63,880 nucleotides of DNA, filler included, from Vicugna vicugna (GCA_013265495.1; 79 parts of 76 records of this genome joined end to end with filler, not necessarily neighbours in it), one strand, 5' to 3'. Shown: positions 1 to 12,729, counted from the first letter of the whole stretch. Numbers and translations: made by a program. Notes: generated from the letters alone by a model not told the origin.

Positions 1-460
1 TCGCAGCCGCGGCCTTGGCCTAGGACCCTCGACCCTGATTCCAGCTCAGACCCCGACCCCCGCCAAGCCTCCCCGTCTTCTGCGCGCCAGGAACTGGGGC
101 AGGGCCTGGCCGCTCTTGCTGGGGCTTTGCTCCCGCAGCTTACAGGTGGGCCCTGGCTCAGCGCAGGGAGTCGGGGAGGGGCTCAGGGCGTGGGGGCCGC
201 GCCCCGGTGGGGCCCTTCGTGACCCCCAGGAAGGGAACTTGAGCCCCCGCCCCAGGTTGCACCCCTCGCGGCCTTCCCTTGACCACCCCGACTGAAGCCG
301 CCAATTATTCAAGACGGTTGCGCCCATCTTCAGGAAGTAGGTTGGCAGGGGCATGTGTGCAGAAACCCGTGATCATTGTCTCATTTCGGCCCCTCGCTTG
401 TGTTTCCCGCTGACTGCTTATCTTCAGCATCTTCTGAGGTGCCAGTGGTGCTCTCCTGAG
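1..460. other. GC/CpG-rich fragment, possible CpG-island piece
   Basis: High GC and many CpGs in 1-330; no recognisable protein. Confidence 0.4.
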
Positions 461-560
461 NNNNNNNNNNNNNNNNNNNNNNNNNNNNNNNNNNNNNNNN
501 NNNNTTAATTAATTAANNNNNNNNNNNNNNNNNNNNNNNNNNNNNNNNNNNNNNNNNNNN
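461..560. other. Artificial scaffold-joining linker N44-TTAATTAATTAA-N44 (first of ~78 copies; last core at 63108-63119)
   Basis: Core at 505-516 with 44 N on each side; the same 100-bp structure recurs through the window; the 12-mer is palindromic and has TAA in all six frames; sequence on either side is usually unrelated. Confidence 0.97.
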
Positions 561-729
561 TCAGGCACACAGGAGGCGTTCAACGAATGCTCGCTGAAGG
601 AACGAATAGGGTCACTCCACGTCGTCAAACACACCGGGATGCTATGGAAAGAATCCGCAGCTTTTGTTTTCCCCCTCCACTTTTTGGTATTTTACTTAAA
701 AAGGTTGATTTATATAGACAGGCATTTGG

Positions 730-1035
730 GCAATTGATTAATCTTTCTTTATCATTTTGTCAATTTCCCGTGGAGAGCACAACTTGTCAGTGATACGTGA
801 ACATGCATATATTCTTTGGAACAATGTCTTTGGCTGTGAGCTACCACAAGATCTCGTATGTATTTACTGTGCCATACCATACAGTCTTGTTCATCTATTC
901 TGCATCTGCCTGTCAGTATCTGCACATTTCCAACTCCCAGTCTGTCCCGTCCCACGCCCCTGCCCCTTGGCAACCGCAAGTTTGTTTTCTATTTCTATGC
1001 GTGTGTCTGTCTTGTATTTATGTTCTTTTCTGTTT
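730..1035 (-). mobile_element. Old LINE-1 3' UTR fragment
   Basis: ccctgccccttggcaaccgcaagtttgttttctatttctatg resembles the reverse strand of mammalian L1 3' ends. Confidence 0.55.
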
Positions 1036-1099
1036 TTCCTTTTTTCCCCCTTCAAAACCATCTTTAAAGCAGCAGCCTAGGGAAGCCTGCTTCCAAGAT

Positions 1100-1291
1100 G
1101 TCGAAGGCGTGGCCTGGGCCGCGCGCAGAATTGGGGCGGGGGGAGGGGCGGTATGGGCTGTGCGGGAAGGGCCAGAACAGGACGGGAGAAATCTGCGGAG
1201 CAGGGGCAGGGGAAGGGCTGGGCCAGGAGCGGAGAGCCCGGTTGGGGCGGTCTAGGCTGGGCTGGGTGAGCCGGGGCGGGGGTCGTTCTCG
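1100..1291. promoter_or_regulatory. GC-box cluster, promoter/CpG-island-like edge
   Basis: GGGGCGG(GG) Sp1-type motifs near 1133, 1146, 1244 and 1273 in a CpG-rich tract truncated by the linker. Confidence 0.4.
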
Positions 1292-1391
1292 NNNNNNNNN
1301 NNNNNNNNNNNNNNNNNNNNNNNNNNNNNNNNNNNTTAATTAATTAANNNNNNNNNNNNNNNNNNNNNNNNNNNNNNNNNNNNNNNNNNNN

Positions 1392-2175
1392 TGTGCCAGG
1401 GAATGCTAGGGGTGATTGCGGGATATCCCAGTGTCACAGGATGCCTCCCCAAGGTCAGGAAGATATTTCTCGGGCTTCCCCGAACAGGGAACACCTGTGA
1501 CTGAAGAGAGCTGCGTGGAGATGTCTCTCGAGCTCCCCCACGCACTGACAATGTTTCCGGAATCCTGAGCGTGGGGAGGTTCCACCAACGGTNNNNNNNN
1601 NNNNNNNNNNNNNNNNNNNNNNNNNNNNNNNNNNNNNNNNNNNNNNNNNNNNNNNNNNNNNNNNNNNNNNNNNNNNNNNNNNNNNNNNNNNNNNNNNNNN
1701 NNNNNNNNNNNNNNNNNNNNNNNNNNNNNNNNNNNNNNNNNNNNNNNNNNNNNNNNNNNNNNNNNNNNNNNNNNNNNNNNNNNNNNNNNNNNNNNNNNNN
1801 NNNNNNNNNNNNNNNNNNNNNNNNNNNNNNNNNNNNNNNNNNNNNNNNNNNNNNNNNNNNNNNNNNNNNNNNNNNNNNNNNNNNNNNNNNNNNNNNNNNN
1901 NNNNNNNNNNNNNNNNNNNNNNNNNNNNNNNNNNNNNNNNNNNNNNNNNNNNNNNNNNNNNNNNNNNNNNNNNNNNNNNNNNNNNNNNNNNNNNNNNNNN
2001 NNNNNNNNNNNNNNNNNNNNNNNNNNNNNNNNNNNNNNNNNNNNNNNNNNNNNNNTCTCGAGCTCCGCACTAACAATCATTCCGGATCCCTGAGCGTGGG
2101 CATGTTCCACCAACGGTCAGCAGCGCGTGTGTTTTAAAGGAATGCCTAAGCTCGTCTCCCCTGAGGTTTTTCCTA
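1392..2175. repeat. Satellite family A (267-bp GC-rich monomer), gapped
   Basis: Landmarks gggaacacctgtgact, ctcgagctc, ggttccaccaacggtc shared with 17147, 23168, 43527 and 59096. Confidence 0.9.
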
Positions 2176-2275
2176 NNNNNNNNNNNNNNNNNNNNNNNNN
2201 NNNNNNNNNNNNNNNNNNNTTAATTAATTAANNNNNNNNNNNNNNNNNNNNNNNNNNNNNNNNNNNNNNNNNNNN

Positions 2276-2894
2276 CTCCACAAACCATAGAGAGGTCATC
2301 GCAAATACTTGGTTTCGGGGGCCCAAACCACACTTTCCCCCGCACTCCCACCTACGCTTTCCATCAGGGAAGACAAGCAAAGGGATTCAATTAGAACCCA
2401 GGCTCTGCAGTCAGTTGGAGGAACTTCCCTGCACTCAGAATTCCAGAACACATTCTTAGGTGTGGGAGAGATGTGCANNNNNNNNNNNNNNNNNNNNNNN
2501 NNNNNNNNNNNNNNNNNNNNNNNNNNNNNNNNNNNNNNNNNNNNNNNNNNNNNNNNNNNNNNNNNNNNNNNNNNNNNNNNNNNNNNNNNNNNCAGATGAA
2601 TGGAGGAAAAGGTGTTCCGTTTAGGGAGAAGTCCTCTAAGTACTTCCTCAGTGGATCAGGGGGCACTCACTGCTACTTGGCCCCCAAGCACAAACCAAGG
2701 CTTTCCCTCATGGCCTGGCCTAAAGGAACACTCAGGGAACAGAAGCTAAGGGATACTAATAGAATCCAGGTGTTGCTGTCTGTTTGAGAAACTTTCCTAC
2801 ACTCAAGATACCAGAACAATACTTCGCGTGTGTGCTTGATGTAGGGAACCGGACAAAGAATCTTTCAGGGGGCACATTTATTCCATGGTTGTGG
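2276..2894. repeat. Satellite family D (diverged relative of A)
   Basis: agggattcaattagaacccagg...gttggaggaacttccc...actcagaattccagaac matches the family D landmarks at 52048 and 56664. Confidence 0.8.
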
Positions 2895-3542
2895 NNNNNN
2901 NNNNNNNNNNNNNNNNNNNNNNNNNNNNNNNNNNNNNNTTAATTAATTAANNNNNNNNNNNNNNNNNNNNNNNNNNNNNNNNNNNNNNNNNNNNCACAAT
3001 GTTTTATGCCAGTTATATCTCAAAAAAGTGGAAGGAAAAATGGAAAGTCAATGGTTATTTTTTTCCATGTTATTTCTCATGACTGTTTTTGCAGCAAGTA
3101 AACTTGAGTCATGATATACTTATCCTAGGTAAAGATACTAATAAATAAGTGATTCAAATTAAGTATACATAAAGATAATAATAAAATTAGTGTTTTAATA
3201 TGCCTTAATCTTTCTTCATTTTCACAGCCCACTGCTTCTGTTGGCATCAAAACTTCACTCTGTGTATTCATCTGAGATTAGGTAATGGATACAAATTTAA
3301 AACTGGCTGCTCAAAGTTCACTGTCTCTGACAGATGGTCTCATCTCCCGACAGCATCTGTAAGAAAACAACATGCTAGGTTGCTAAAAAATTCAGCATGG
3401 TAAAATCTCAGAACTCCTAAAGTTCCGAACTGTTTTGCAATGNNNNNNNNNNNNNNNNNNNNNNNNNNNNNNNNNNNNNNNNNNNNTTAATTAATTAANN
3501 NNNNNNNNNNNNNNNNNNNNNNNNNNNNNNNNNNNNNNNNNN

Positions 3543-4902
3543 ATTTAGAACATGAAATGCAGAACACAGAATTTAGTATTTAGAATACAGAATACTGAAT
3601 GTAGAATTTAGAATATACAATGCAGAACATAGAATATAGAATATATACTACGGAATAAGGAATATAGAATTTAGAATATAGAATGTAGAACACAGAATAT
3701 ATAATATAGAATATGGAATGCAGAATAAAGAATGTAGAAATAAGAATGGAGTTCACAAAATATAGAATATAGACTGGAGAATATAGAAGCCAGAATTTAG
3801 AACATAGAATACAGAACACAGAATTTAGAATATATAAAACAGAATACTGAATATAGAATTTAGAATATAGAATGTAGAACACAGAATATACAATATAGAC
3901 AACTGAATGCAGAATATAGGATATAGAATATAGAATGAAGAACACAAATTATAGAATACAGAATAGAGAATATAGAACACAGAATTTTGAACACGGTATG
4001 CAGAACACAGAATTTAGAATAAAGAATATAGAATTTAGAATACAGAATTTAGAAAACAGCATATAGAATATACAATACAGAATACTACATATAGAATTTG
4101 GAAAATAAAATTTAGAACACAGAATATACATTGTAGAATACGGAATGCAGAATACAGAATACAGAATATAGAATATAGAACACTGAATCTAGAATATGGA
4201 AAAAAGAATATAGAACACAGAATTTAGAACATGGAATGCAGAACACAGAATTTAGAAAATAAAATACAGAATACTGAATATAGGATTTAGAACACAGGAT
4301 ATAGAATATAGAATACGGAATGCAGANNNNNNNNNNNNNNNNNNNNNNNNNNNNNNNNNNNNNNNNNNNNNNNNNNNNNNNNNNNNNNNNNNNNNNNNNN
4401 NNNNNNNNNNNNNNNNNNNNNNNNNNNNNNNNNNNNNNNNNNNNNNNNNNNNNNNNNNNNNNNNNNNNNNNNNNNNNNNNNNNNNNNNNNNNNNNNNNNN
4501 NNNNNNNNNNNNNNNNNNNNNNNNNNNNNNNNNNNNNNNNNNNNNNNNNNNNNNNNNNNNNNNNNNNNNNNNNNNNNNNNNNNNNNNNNNNNNNNNNNNN
4601 NNNNNNNNNNNNNNNNNNNNNNNNNNNNNNNNNNNNNNNNNNNNNNNNNNNNNNNNNNNNNNNNNNNNNNNNNNNNNNNNNNNNNNNNNNNNNNNNNNNN
4701 NNNNNNNNNNNNNNNNNNNNNNNNNNNNNNNNNNNNNNNNNNNNNNNCATAACCCAGAGAATATGAAATTCAGAACACAGAATTTGGAATATACAATATA
4801 GAATTTAGAATATAGTATGTAGAATATAGAATGAAGAACACACAATATAGGATAGAAAATATAGAAAACAGAATTTAGAACACGGAATGAAGAACACAGA
4901 AT
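3543..4902 (+). repeat. Satellite family B (AGAATAT/AGAATAC/AGAACAC/AGAATTT heptamers), gapped
   Basis: Continuous 7-bp periodicity with recurring catggaatgcagaacacagaattt. Confidence 0.95.
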
Positions 4903-5763
4903 NNNNNNNNNNNNNNNNNNNNNNNNNNNNNNNNNNNNNNNNNNNNTTAATTAATTAANNNNNNNNNNNNNNNNNNNNNNNNNNNNNNNNNNNNNNNNNN
5001 NNGTTTAAAGCCCAAACTATAGAATTTTGGAGAAGAATCATGTAATTAATATTAGCTTTACATCCGAATTTAGAACTGACCCATATTTATACTTTTAATG
5101 AAGGAACACAATAAACTTTGTTAGTCAATCATTTATGGCATTTTTAACTTTGTCCATGTAATCTTTTGGAAGTTGAGAGGCTTAGATGCTTGATCTAACA
5201 AAACAGGTATCATCGCTTGACTCTGTGAATGAAAGAATCCCAGTATAGTTTCCTGCAAGTATATTTTATTAAAAATAATAAAGAATTCTTGCTCTCCAAT
5301 AAAACTTGCTCTCCAGCAACAGGCAGAAGCACATACTGAGTGTTTAAAATACATCAGATTATGGGTTAAATTCTCTAAAGAAGTCAAGATAGTATTGGGA
5401 AAAAAGTATGAACTTGAAGGAAAATAAATATTGTGCTATTAATATCCTATTTTTTAGAAGCAAATGAAAAAANNNNNNNNNNNNNNNNNNNNNNNNNNNN
5501 NNNNNNNNNNNNNNNNTTAATTAATTAANNNNNNNNNNNNNNNNNNNNNNNNNNNNNNNNNNNNNNNNNNNNAGAGTGTTGTACTTGAAACCTAATTTGC
5601 ATCAATCTTTGAAGATTGATGTTTGAGGAGCTTTGACTAAAGAACAACTGTCTTTATTCAATAATGACAACTAAATGCTCAAGCAACATGTAAGAGTTTG
5701 AGCAAACTGCCCCCGCCCCGTAGTGCTGGGTGGCTGCAGCTGTAAATGGAGTCCGTGACTTAC

Positions 5764-5861
5764 CTCTCCCAGTACGCTTGTGCTGATCTGCTCAAAGGGG
5801 TTCGTCCAAATGTTTGTCAGTAGTCTGTTGGACAACGTCATAAAACATTGATTGAAGGTTT
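5764..5861 (-). CDS. Candidate isolated internal exon (98 nt), product unknown
   Basis: Acceptor ttccattccag| and consensus donor GAG|gtaagt; one open frame TFNQCFMTLSNRLLTNIWTNPFEQISTSVLGE. Confidence 0.35.
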
Positions 5862-6485
5862 CTGGAATGGAATCTATTCTTATTAATATTAAGTAAGCAC
5901 ATATTGAGTGCTCACTTTATGATGGAATTGTCCCTCATCCTCACGTGAATATTATTTCTCTTAAAACCTCACATATTTCCTTGTTATTCTCACTTTACAT
6001 ATAAGGAGACTGACAATTAGGTCTTCTCTCTTTTGGGGGGAGCTCATTATCAATGATGGGAAGTTGTAAGGAAAAAGATATTGATTCATCNNNNNNNNNN
6101 NNNNNNNNNNNNNNNNNNNNNNNNNNNNNNNNNNNNNNNNNNNNNNNNNNNNNNNNNNNNNNNNNNNNNNNNNNNNNNNNNNNNNNNNNNNNNNNNNNNN
6201 NNNNNNNNNNNNAATGCGTGGAGGGTGAGGCTGGGCAGCCGCGCAGGGAACGCGGATGCCGGGTCATTCGGCTGTGCTCAGGCCCAGTGGGGCTTTCTCC
6301 TAAGGGCAGTGGACCGTCATTGACAGATTTTATGTTGGGCAGTGGGGTGCTCTCGTAGTTCACTTTTGTCTTGTAGAGTGCTTGGNNNNNNNNNNNNNNN
6401 NNNNNNNNNNNNNNNNNNNNNNNNNNNNNTTAATTAATTAANNNNNNNNNNNNNNNNNNNNNNNNNNNNNNNNNNNNNNNNNNNN

Positions 6486-7097
6486 TGAATTCCTTGTTCT
6501 AAATTCTGAGTTCTGCATTCTGTATTTTGTTTACTATATTCTGTGTTCTACATTCTGTAGTCTTCGTTCTATCTTGAATATTCTATATTCTTTATTCTGT
6601 GTTCTACATACAATATTCCACATTCTATCTCTGTATTCTACATTCTTTATTCTGTGTTCTTCATTCCGTGTTATAAATTCTGGGTTCTGTATTCTGTATT
6701 CTATATTCAATATTCTATGTTCTATATTCTGTATTCTACATTTTATTTTCTGTATACCATAATCTACATTCTGTGTTCTGCATTCCATGTTCTAAATTCT
6801 GTGTATTTTATTCTGTATTCTATGTTCTATATCTATGTTCTCTATATTCTGCATTCCATGTTCTAATTTCTGGTTTCTGTATTCTGTATTCTCTATTCTC
6901 TATTCTGTGTTCTACATTCAATATTCTACATTCTATATCTGTATTCTATATTCTATATTCTGTGTTCTGCATTCCTTTTTCTTAATTCTGGGTTCTGAAT
7001 TCTGTGTTCTATATTCTATTTTCTATGTTGTATTTTCTATATTCTACATATTTTTTTGTATTCTATATTCTATCTTCTGTCCTATATTCCATGTTCT
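6486..7097 (-). repeat. Satellite family B (reverse)
   Basis: ATATTCT/GTATTCT/GTGTTCT heptamers. Confidence 0.95.
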
Positions 7098-7197
7098 NNN
7101 NNNNNNNNNNNNNNNNNNNNNNNNNNNNNNNNNNNNNNNNNTTAATTAATTAANNNNNNNNNNNNNNNNNNNNNNNNNNNNNNNNNNNNNNNNNNNN

Positions 7198-7932
7198 GCC
7201 AGGAAACCTGCGTAAGCCTCTAGTCCAGCCTCATCCACCAGGAAGCAGATACCAGAAAGAAGGAAACAACAGTCCCAAAACCTGTAGAAGGAATCCACAC
7301 ACAAGCCAGATTCCACACTGGGACTGGCTGGACCTTGGCCCTTGGGTGACAAGAGAGGAGCATACTGCTGGGACACACAGGACATCTGCCACAGAACGCT
7401 GCTTCTTCAAGGTCAAGAAATGTAACTAAACTACCTAAAAATACATACAGAAAGAATGAGGCAGCAGACAATATCTCCCAGGCCAAGGCACAAAGATAAA
7501 ATCCCACAAGAAATAAGTGATGAGGAGACAGGAATTTTTTCTGAGAAAGTTTTAAAGTGATGATGGTGAAGATGTTTAGAGAACTGAGGAGGAGTACAGA
7601 TGCACAGAGCAAAATTTTTAGCAAAAAGTTGGAAAATAGAAAGAATACCCAAACAGTTGAAGAATAAAATCACTGAAATGACTTTAATGATCTAACACAC
7701 TAGAAGGAACCAAGAATAGACTAAATGAAGCAGAACTAGAACTGATCAGTGAGCTAGAAGACAAAATTAGTGGAAGTCACTACTGCAGAACAGAAAAAAA
7801 AAATGAAAAGGAATGAAGACAGTTTAAGAGAACCCTGGGACAACGTGAAACACACTAGTATTCACATTATAGGGGTCCCTGAAAGAAAAGAGAGAGAGAA
7901 AGGACCTAGAAAAATTTTGGTGAGATAATAAC
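7198..7932 (+). mobile_element. LINE-1 end of 5' UTR plus degenerate 5' part of ORF1
   Basis: A-rich ORF1-like text (gatcagtgagctagaagacaaa...gaatgaagacagtttaagagaaccctgggacaac...attcacattataggggtccctgaa); frame disrupted. Confidence 0.85.
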
Positions 7933-8032
7933 NNNNNNNNNNNNNNNNNNNNNNNNNNNNNNNNNNNNNNNNNNNNTTAATTAATTAANNNNNNNNNNNN
8001 NNNNNNNNNNNNNNNNNNNNNNNNNNNNNNNN

Positions 8033-8439
8033 TTGCTGTTATGTCACATTGCTGTACAATTTAACTGAATTATGAAATGGGTCCACTAGGTTTGTTTCTG
8101 AAGCTCAATAATCTATCCTTGGGTAAATTTCCAATGCCCCATGACCTGCAGCCAGGGGATTATACACACTGGAACAGGCATTACTTAAACTGTGTCCAAC
8201 CTGAATGGAAGGAACTTTTATCAAGTACTCTTAACTAGACCATACACACAAAAGCTGAAGGAAACGTAGTTTCCTATCAGAAACAGCCCCTGCAGTGCAC
8301 TGGCCTATAGAGCACTGCTCACCTTAAAACAATGCCCAAATGGAGAAAAAGCTACCAGGCCAGGATCAGAAGGAGATGAGATCTGAGGTCTGGTAGACAC
8401 CAGACCAAGCTTGTATAACAATTACTTTGACAATTACTC
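8033..8439 (+). mobile_element. ERV1-class internal relic, integrase C-terminus
   Basis: ~8140-8262 reads HDLQPGDYTHWNRHYLNCVQPEWK then, after a frameshift, YQVLLT; matches the gammaretrovirus-like integrase tail HxxQPGD..PRWKGPYQVLLT. Confidence 0.75.
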
Positions 8440-8539
8440 NNNNNNNNNNNNNNNNNNNNNNNNNNNNNNNNNNNNNNNNNNNNTTAATTAATTAANNNNN
8501 NNNNNNNNNNNNNNNNNNNNNNNNNNNNNNNNNNNNNNN

Positions 8540-9137
8540 ATTCTCACCAAAACACATGTAATTTTCATTGTTTACATAACCATGTAATTCTGTATTATGA
8601 ACATGTTTCATGCATCATGGATTCCTCAAGCATACATTTCTGAGTTGTGAACATGTGCATGACTGATGTTTCAACCACCAAAAAAGTTACCTATGCACTC
8701 TGAAATATTTACTTTGAATTTGTAGATTCTTCCTATCACCAGTTTCAATAATCACGCTTTGATACCACAAAAACCCTCTTGAAGCGAATTCTACCCTGGA
8801 GATATTTAATTTGAATAGATTCCATCTACATGATATTTCGAGATCCGTGCATGCTACTTACATGACGGATTCGACAAACATGCATTCCTGAGTTGAGAGC
8901 ATGTGGATTACTAATCTTTCATACTTTATAAAAGGAATAGAATAATTTCAACACGTGTACACATTTTCACAATCTTTCCCTAAAACCAGGTTCGAATTCG
9001 TGCATTTTTCACAGAAAAATAGTTCTGGAGCGATTTCCACCTCATAGGAATTAAATTTAAATGAATTCCTTCAACATGGCATTCCGAGTTCTGTACATGC
9101 TACATGCATGACGGATTCGGCAATCATGCTTTTCTGA
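8540..9137. repeat. Satellite family C (CATG-rich ~247-bp monomers)
   Basis: Related catgcatt(c/t)ctga landmarks at 8631, 8879 and 9125 (spacings 248 and 246). Confidence 0.9.
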
Positions 9138-10817
9138 NNNNNNNNNNNNNNNNNNNNNNNNNNNNNNNNNNNNNNNNNNNNTTAATTAATTAANNNNNNN
9201 NNNNNNNNNNNNNNNNNNNNNNNNNNNNNNNNNNNNNAGCCCTTCTTGTAGTCTACTTCCTGGTCATTCATTTAGCCTATAAGTAAAATCCCCATCCAGA
9301 ATCTGATGACTCTTTTGGAAAACTCACAGACCTCCCCCTTCTTGGTGAAATGCATCTTATGTAAAATAATTAATGTCTCTCTCTCGCTCTTTTTTAAATT
9401 GGCTTCTAGAGCCCTACTCAGGTTTTTCAGGAAACAAAGGTGCTTAAATATGAAATGATAAATCAATCCTTATGACTTTCAGATTCTATTCAGTTGTTTA
9501 TGTTTTTATAGTTTTTATGAAATTATAACAGGAATAAAACACTGTTTCTTTGGAAATCTGACATTGAGTCTTACTTATTAGACTTTAGTCAGGATCAGGA
9601 TATTCAGTCCAGTTGCCTCCACAAGTAGAACTGTACTCATTAGAACATGAGTCCTTGAATTGTCCTGACGTCACATTTTCTATCCCATTGGGCCAAAGTG
9701 CTCAGTCTCACTTCTCAGTGTCTGGTTATTATTGTCTTTGCATAATAAAATGAAGAATTATGTTGGGTCTTTCTGTGACCCAGTGCTATAACACACTCCT
9801 ACAGAACGTGGTATCTACAGTCTGCAGACACAGTGTGTGTCAACAGCACAGAGCTGGTGACTGAAGTTGTGTATGTTGTTACATGTCATGTGGAATGTTG
9901 CTGCCAGTCTTCCATGTGGTGTCATTGCTTTAATGAATGGATTAATAGAAAAGGACCAAAGGCAAATAGACAAATAGAAAAGAAATCACAGACAACGCCT
10001 CTAAAACAGCCAGTCCTTTNNNNNNNNNNNNNNNNNNNNNNNNNNNNNNNNNNNNNNNNNNNNTTAATTAATTAANNNNNNNNNNNNNNNNNNNNNNNNN
10101 NNNNNNNNNNNNNNNNNNNTGTTTTTGCAGTGCTTAATTATTTCATAAACTATTTATTGGCTTATGCAGAAACAATGACAAAGAGTGATAATAAAAATGT
10201 ATGAGAAACTACGTTCCTTTGAAAAATAGAAATGAGGTGATCAGCCTCACCCATGCTTTGTGCCTGGCACACTCTCATGTCATTGTGTATCTTGAATCTT
10301 AGATGGAGTTGTTTCAGGTTTGTAGATTATTGTTTGAACACTTTTGTTGAATCCTTTCTTGAGGCTGATGTATCCTGTTGGGTGTGTGGAAAATGTAGAA
10401 GGGAAACAAATTATTTGTTTTGTTTTCAGGAGGCCTGAGTTTATGAGAAAAGAGTTGAGGGTGGGCTGAAAAACAGAGTGACACTCCTTCTCTTCCCGGC
10501 TAAATTGATAAACAAAAAAATCAATTAAGTGTATCGGTAGTTGACCAACAGAAGTTAGTGAGCCCAAACTGTCTAGATATGCCCAAAGGAAAGTACTGAA
10601 TTCAGCTGCAGAATTATGTGCTTTACCAAGAAGAAGCAGCTTAGAGCAACCAGAAAAATCAGTATAATATGATGAAATATAAAAGGAATATTATATTTTT
10701 TATTTCTGAAACTTTCCNNNNNNNNNNNNNNNNNNNNNNNNNNNNNNNNNNNNNNNNNNNNTTAATTAATTAANNNNNNNNNNNNNNNNNNNNNNNNNNN
10801 NNNNNNNNNNNNNNNNN

Positions 10818-11352
10818 TACTGTAGGGAATCCTGAGACCCCAGTCACCTTGGAACCATTCTCGTCCACTAGGGGATGGGCATCAGACCGAGGATCCCGTG
10901 TCCCCCCACCCCCATGCATGTGCATGCCAGCAGCAGATTCTGAACCTATAGACCCTGCCACCAGAGACCCCAGGACCTGGCTCCACCCACCAGTGGGAGG
11001 ACACAAGCCCCACTGGGCAATGGCCTAGAACACCAGTTAGTGGACATCAGCCCTGGAAACACCAGTGTCCTTTAGGTATCCATGTCAGGACTCAGACCCA
11101 CTCACCAAGCAGAAGATGCCAGCCTCAGGACACCCTTTGCCCTAGGCCCAAGGATCCACTGGGCAATGGCCTAGAACACCAGTTAGTGGACATCAGCCCT
11201 GGAAACACCAGTGTCCTTTAGGTATCCATGTCAGGACTCAGACCCACTCACCAAGCAGAAGATGCCAGCCTCAGGACACCCTTTGCCCTAGGCCCACCAA
11301 CCAGCAATCCAGCACCAGCTCTGGGACCCCCAGACCCCACAGCCAGAGACCT
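10818..11352 (+). mobile_element. Probable LINE-1 5' UTR repeat region, containing an exact 141-bp duplication
   Basis: C-rich repeats (ctccacccaccagtggg...caccag...cctgggacccc) typical of older L1 5' regions; 11010-11150 is identical to 11156-11296. Confidence 0.55.
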
Positions 11353-11726
11353 NNNNNNNNNNNNNNNNNNNNNNNNNNNNNNNNNNNNNNNNNNNNTTAA
11401 TTAATTAANNNNNNNNNNNNNNNNNNNNNNNNNNNNNNNNNNNNNNNNNNNNTGATGCTTAACAGGAGTGAACACAGTTCCATTTGGAGGACTTGGGGCT
11501 TGTGACAGCACAGAAAAGGAGCTTCCCGCAAGGTGATCCTTGGGTTGGGTACATTAAAGTGGAGTCACGCAGATGACCTGTGATGGATAAAAACGTGAGT
11601 AAGAAATAAGTTCTTGTTTCTGGGACTTTTGGGTGATTTTTTACCTTTGCATAACCAGCTCCAACCTGGCTGTTACATTCATTAAACCCTTAGTGTCCCA
11701 GCTTGCCTTGTCAGTAGGACTGTAGC

Positions 11727-11873
11727 ACTTAGGAGAAAGGATCTTCGACTATTTGTTTTATAACTTTTATGTATTTGAAAGAGGACTGGAGATACCTAGA
11801 ACTTAGGAGAAAGGATCTTCGACTATTTGTTTTATAACTTTTATGTATTTGAAAGAGGACTGGAGATACCTAG
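11727..11873. repeat. Exact 73-bp tandem duplication
   Basis: 11727-11799 equals 11801-11873, separated by one A. Confidence 0.95.
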
Positions 11874-12179
11874 GCAATCACTGACTTGTTCAATATAAAT
11901 TGATTGAACACACATTTTTATCTCCTGTGACACTGATTTTTTTTAAAAAGAAAAGAATTAGGTCATGAGAGTTCTTACTGAATGTATTCAAGGTTATTTG
12001 GCATACAAAAATTGCCCAAAATGCCATTCTAATGAGATGGTGCAGAGGGAGACTTCAGCATGTGAACTCTAACTTCAAAGTGTAACTAGCAAATGGCTAG
12101 TGGGAACTTGAAGGCATTGACCTGAGACAAACCTATCGAGGTCACATTTCATCTCTGTGTATGTGCGCACACGCTCGCA

Positions 12180-12200
12180 TGTGTGTGTGTGTGTGTGTGT
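12180..12200. repeat. (TG)n microsatellite truncated by gap
   Basis: Direct reading. Confidence 0.9.
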
Positions 12201-12389
12201 NNNNNNNNNNNNNNNNNNNNNNNNNNNNNNNNNNNNNNNNNNNNTTAATTAATTAANNNNNNNNNNNNNNNNNNNNNNNNNNNNNNNNNNNNNNNNNNNN
12301 TTTGATATAGGGAATATCTAAAGCCTTTTCTGCAAGTTTTTTAAAAAACTAAGAGCAGGTAATTTATCAGAAGTGTGAATGTTGTAATC

Positions 12390-12681
12390 TACTCTTTCCA
12401 GTATGGTAGCCACCAGCCACATGTGGCTATTGTGAATTGAGATGTTCTATATGTGGGAAATACATAATAGATTTTCAAGACTTCGTACAACAAAAATAAT
12501 GTAAAATATTTATTAATAAGTTTTAAAAGTGTTAATAACACTTTTGAAATGATAGTATATTGGATATTTTGGGATAAATATAATTATTACTGGAATTAAT
12601 TTCACTTGTTCCTTTTATTGTCTAAATAAATGGGATTATTGGAAAATTGTGACTTGCACTATGTTTCTATTGACAGTGCTG
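12390..12681. mobile_element. MER33/MER3-like hAT-Charlie non-autonomous DNA transposon
   Basis: tccagtatggtagccaccagccacatgtggctatt ... tttctattgacagtgctg ends are characteristic of this family. Confidence 0.75.
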
Positions 12682-12729
12682 GCTTCTAACTTATTGCAAA
12701 TAATATGCAAAGAAAACTTTGATTAAGAA

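Noticed and set aside
46..354. 102-aa minus-strand ORF
   Set aside because: Pro/Gly/Arg-rich text typical of translated CpG-island DNA.
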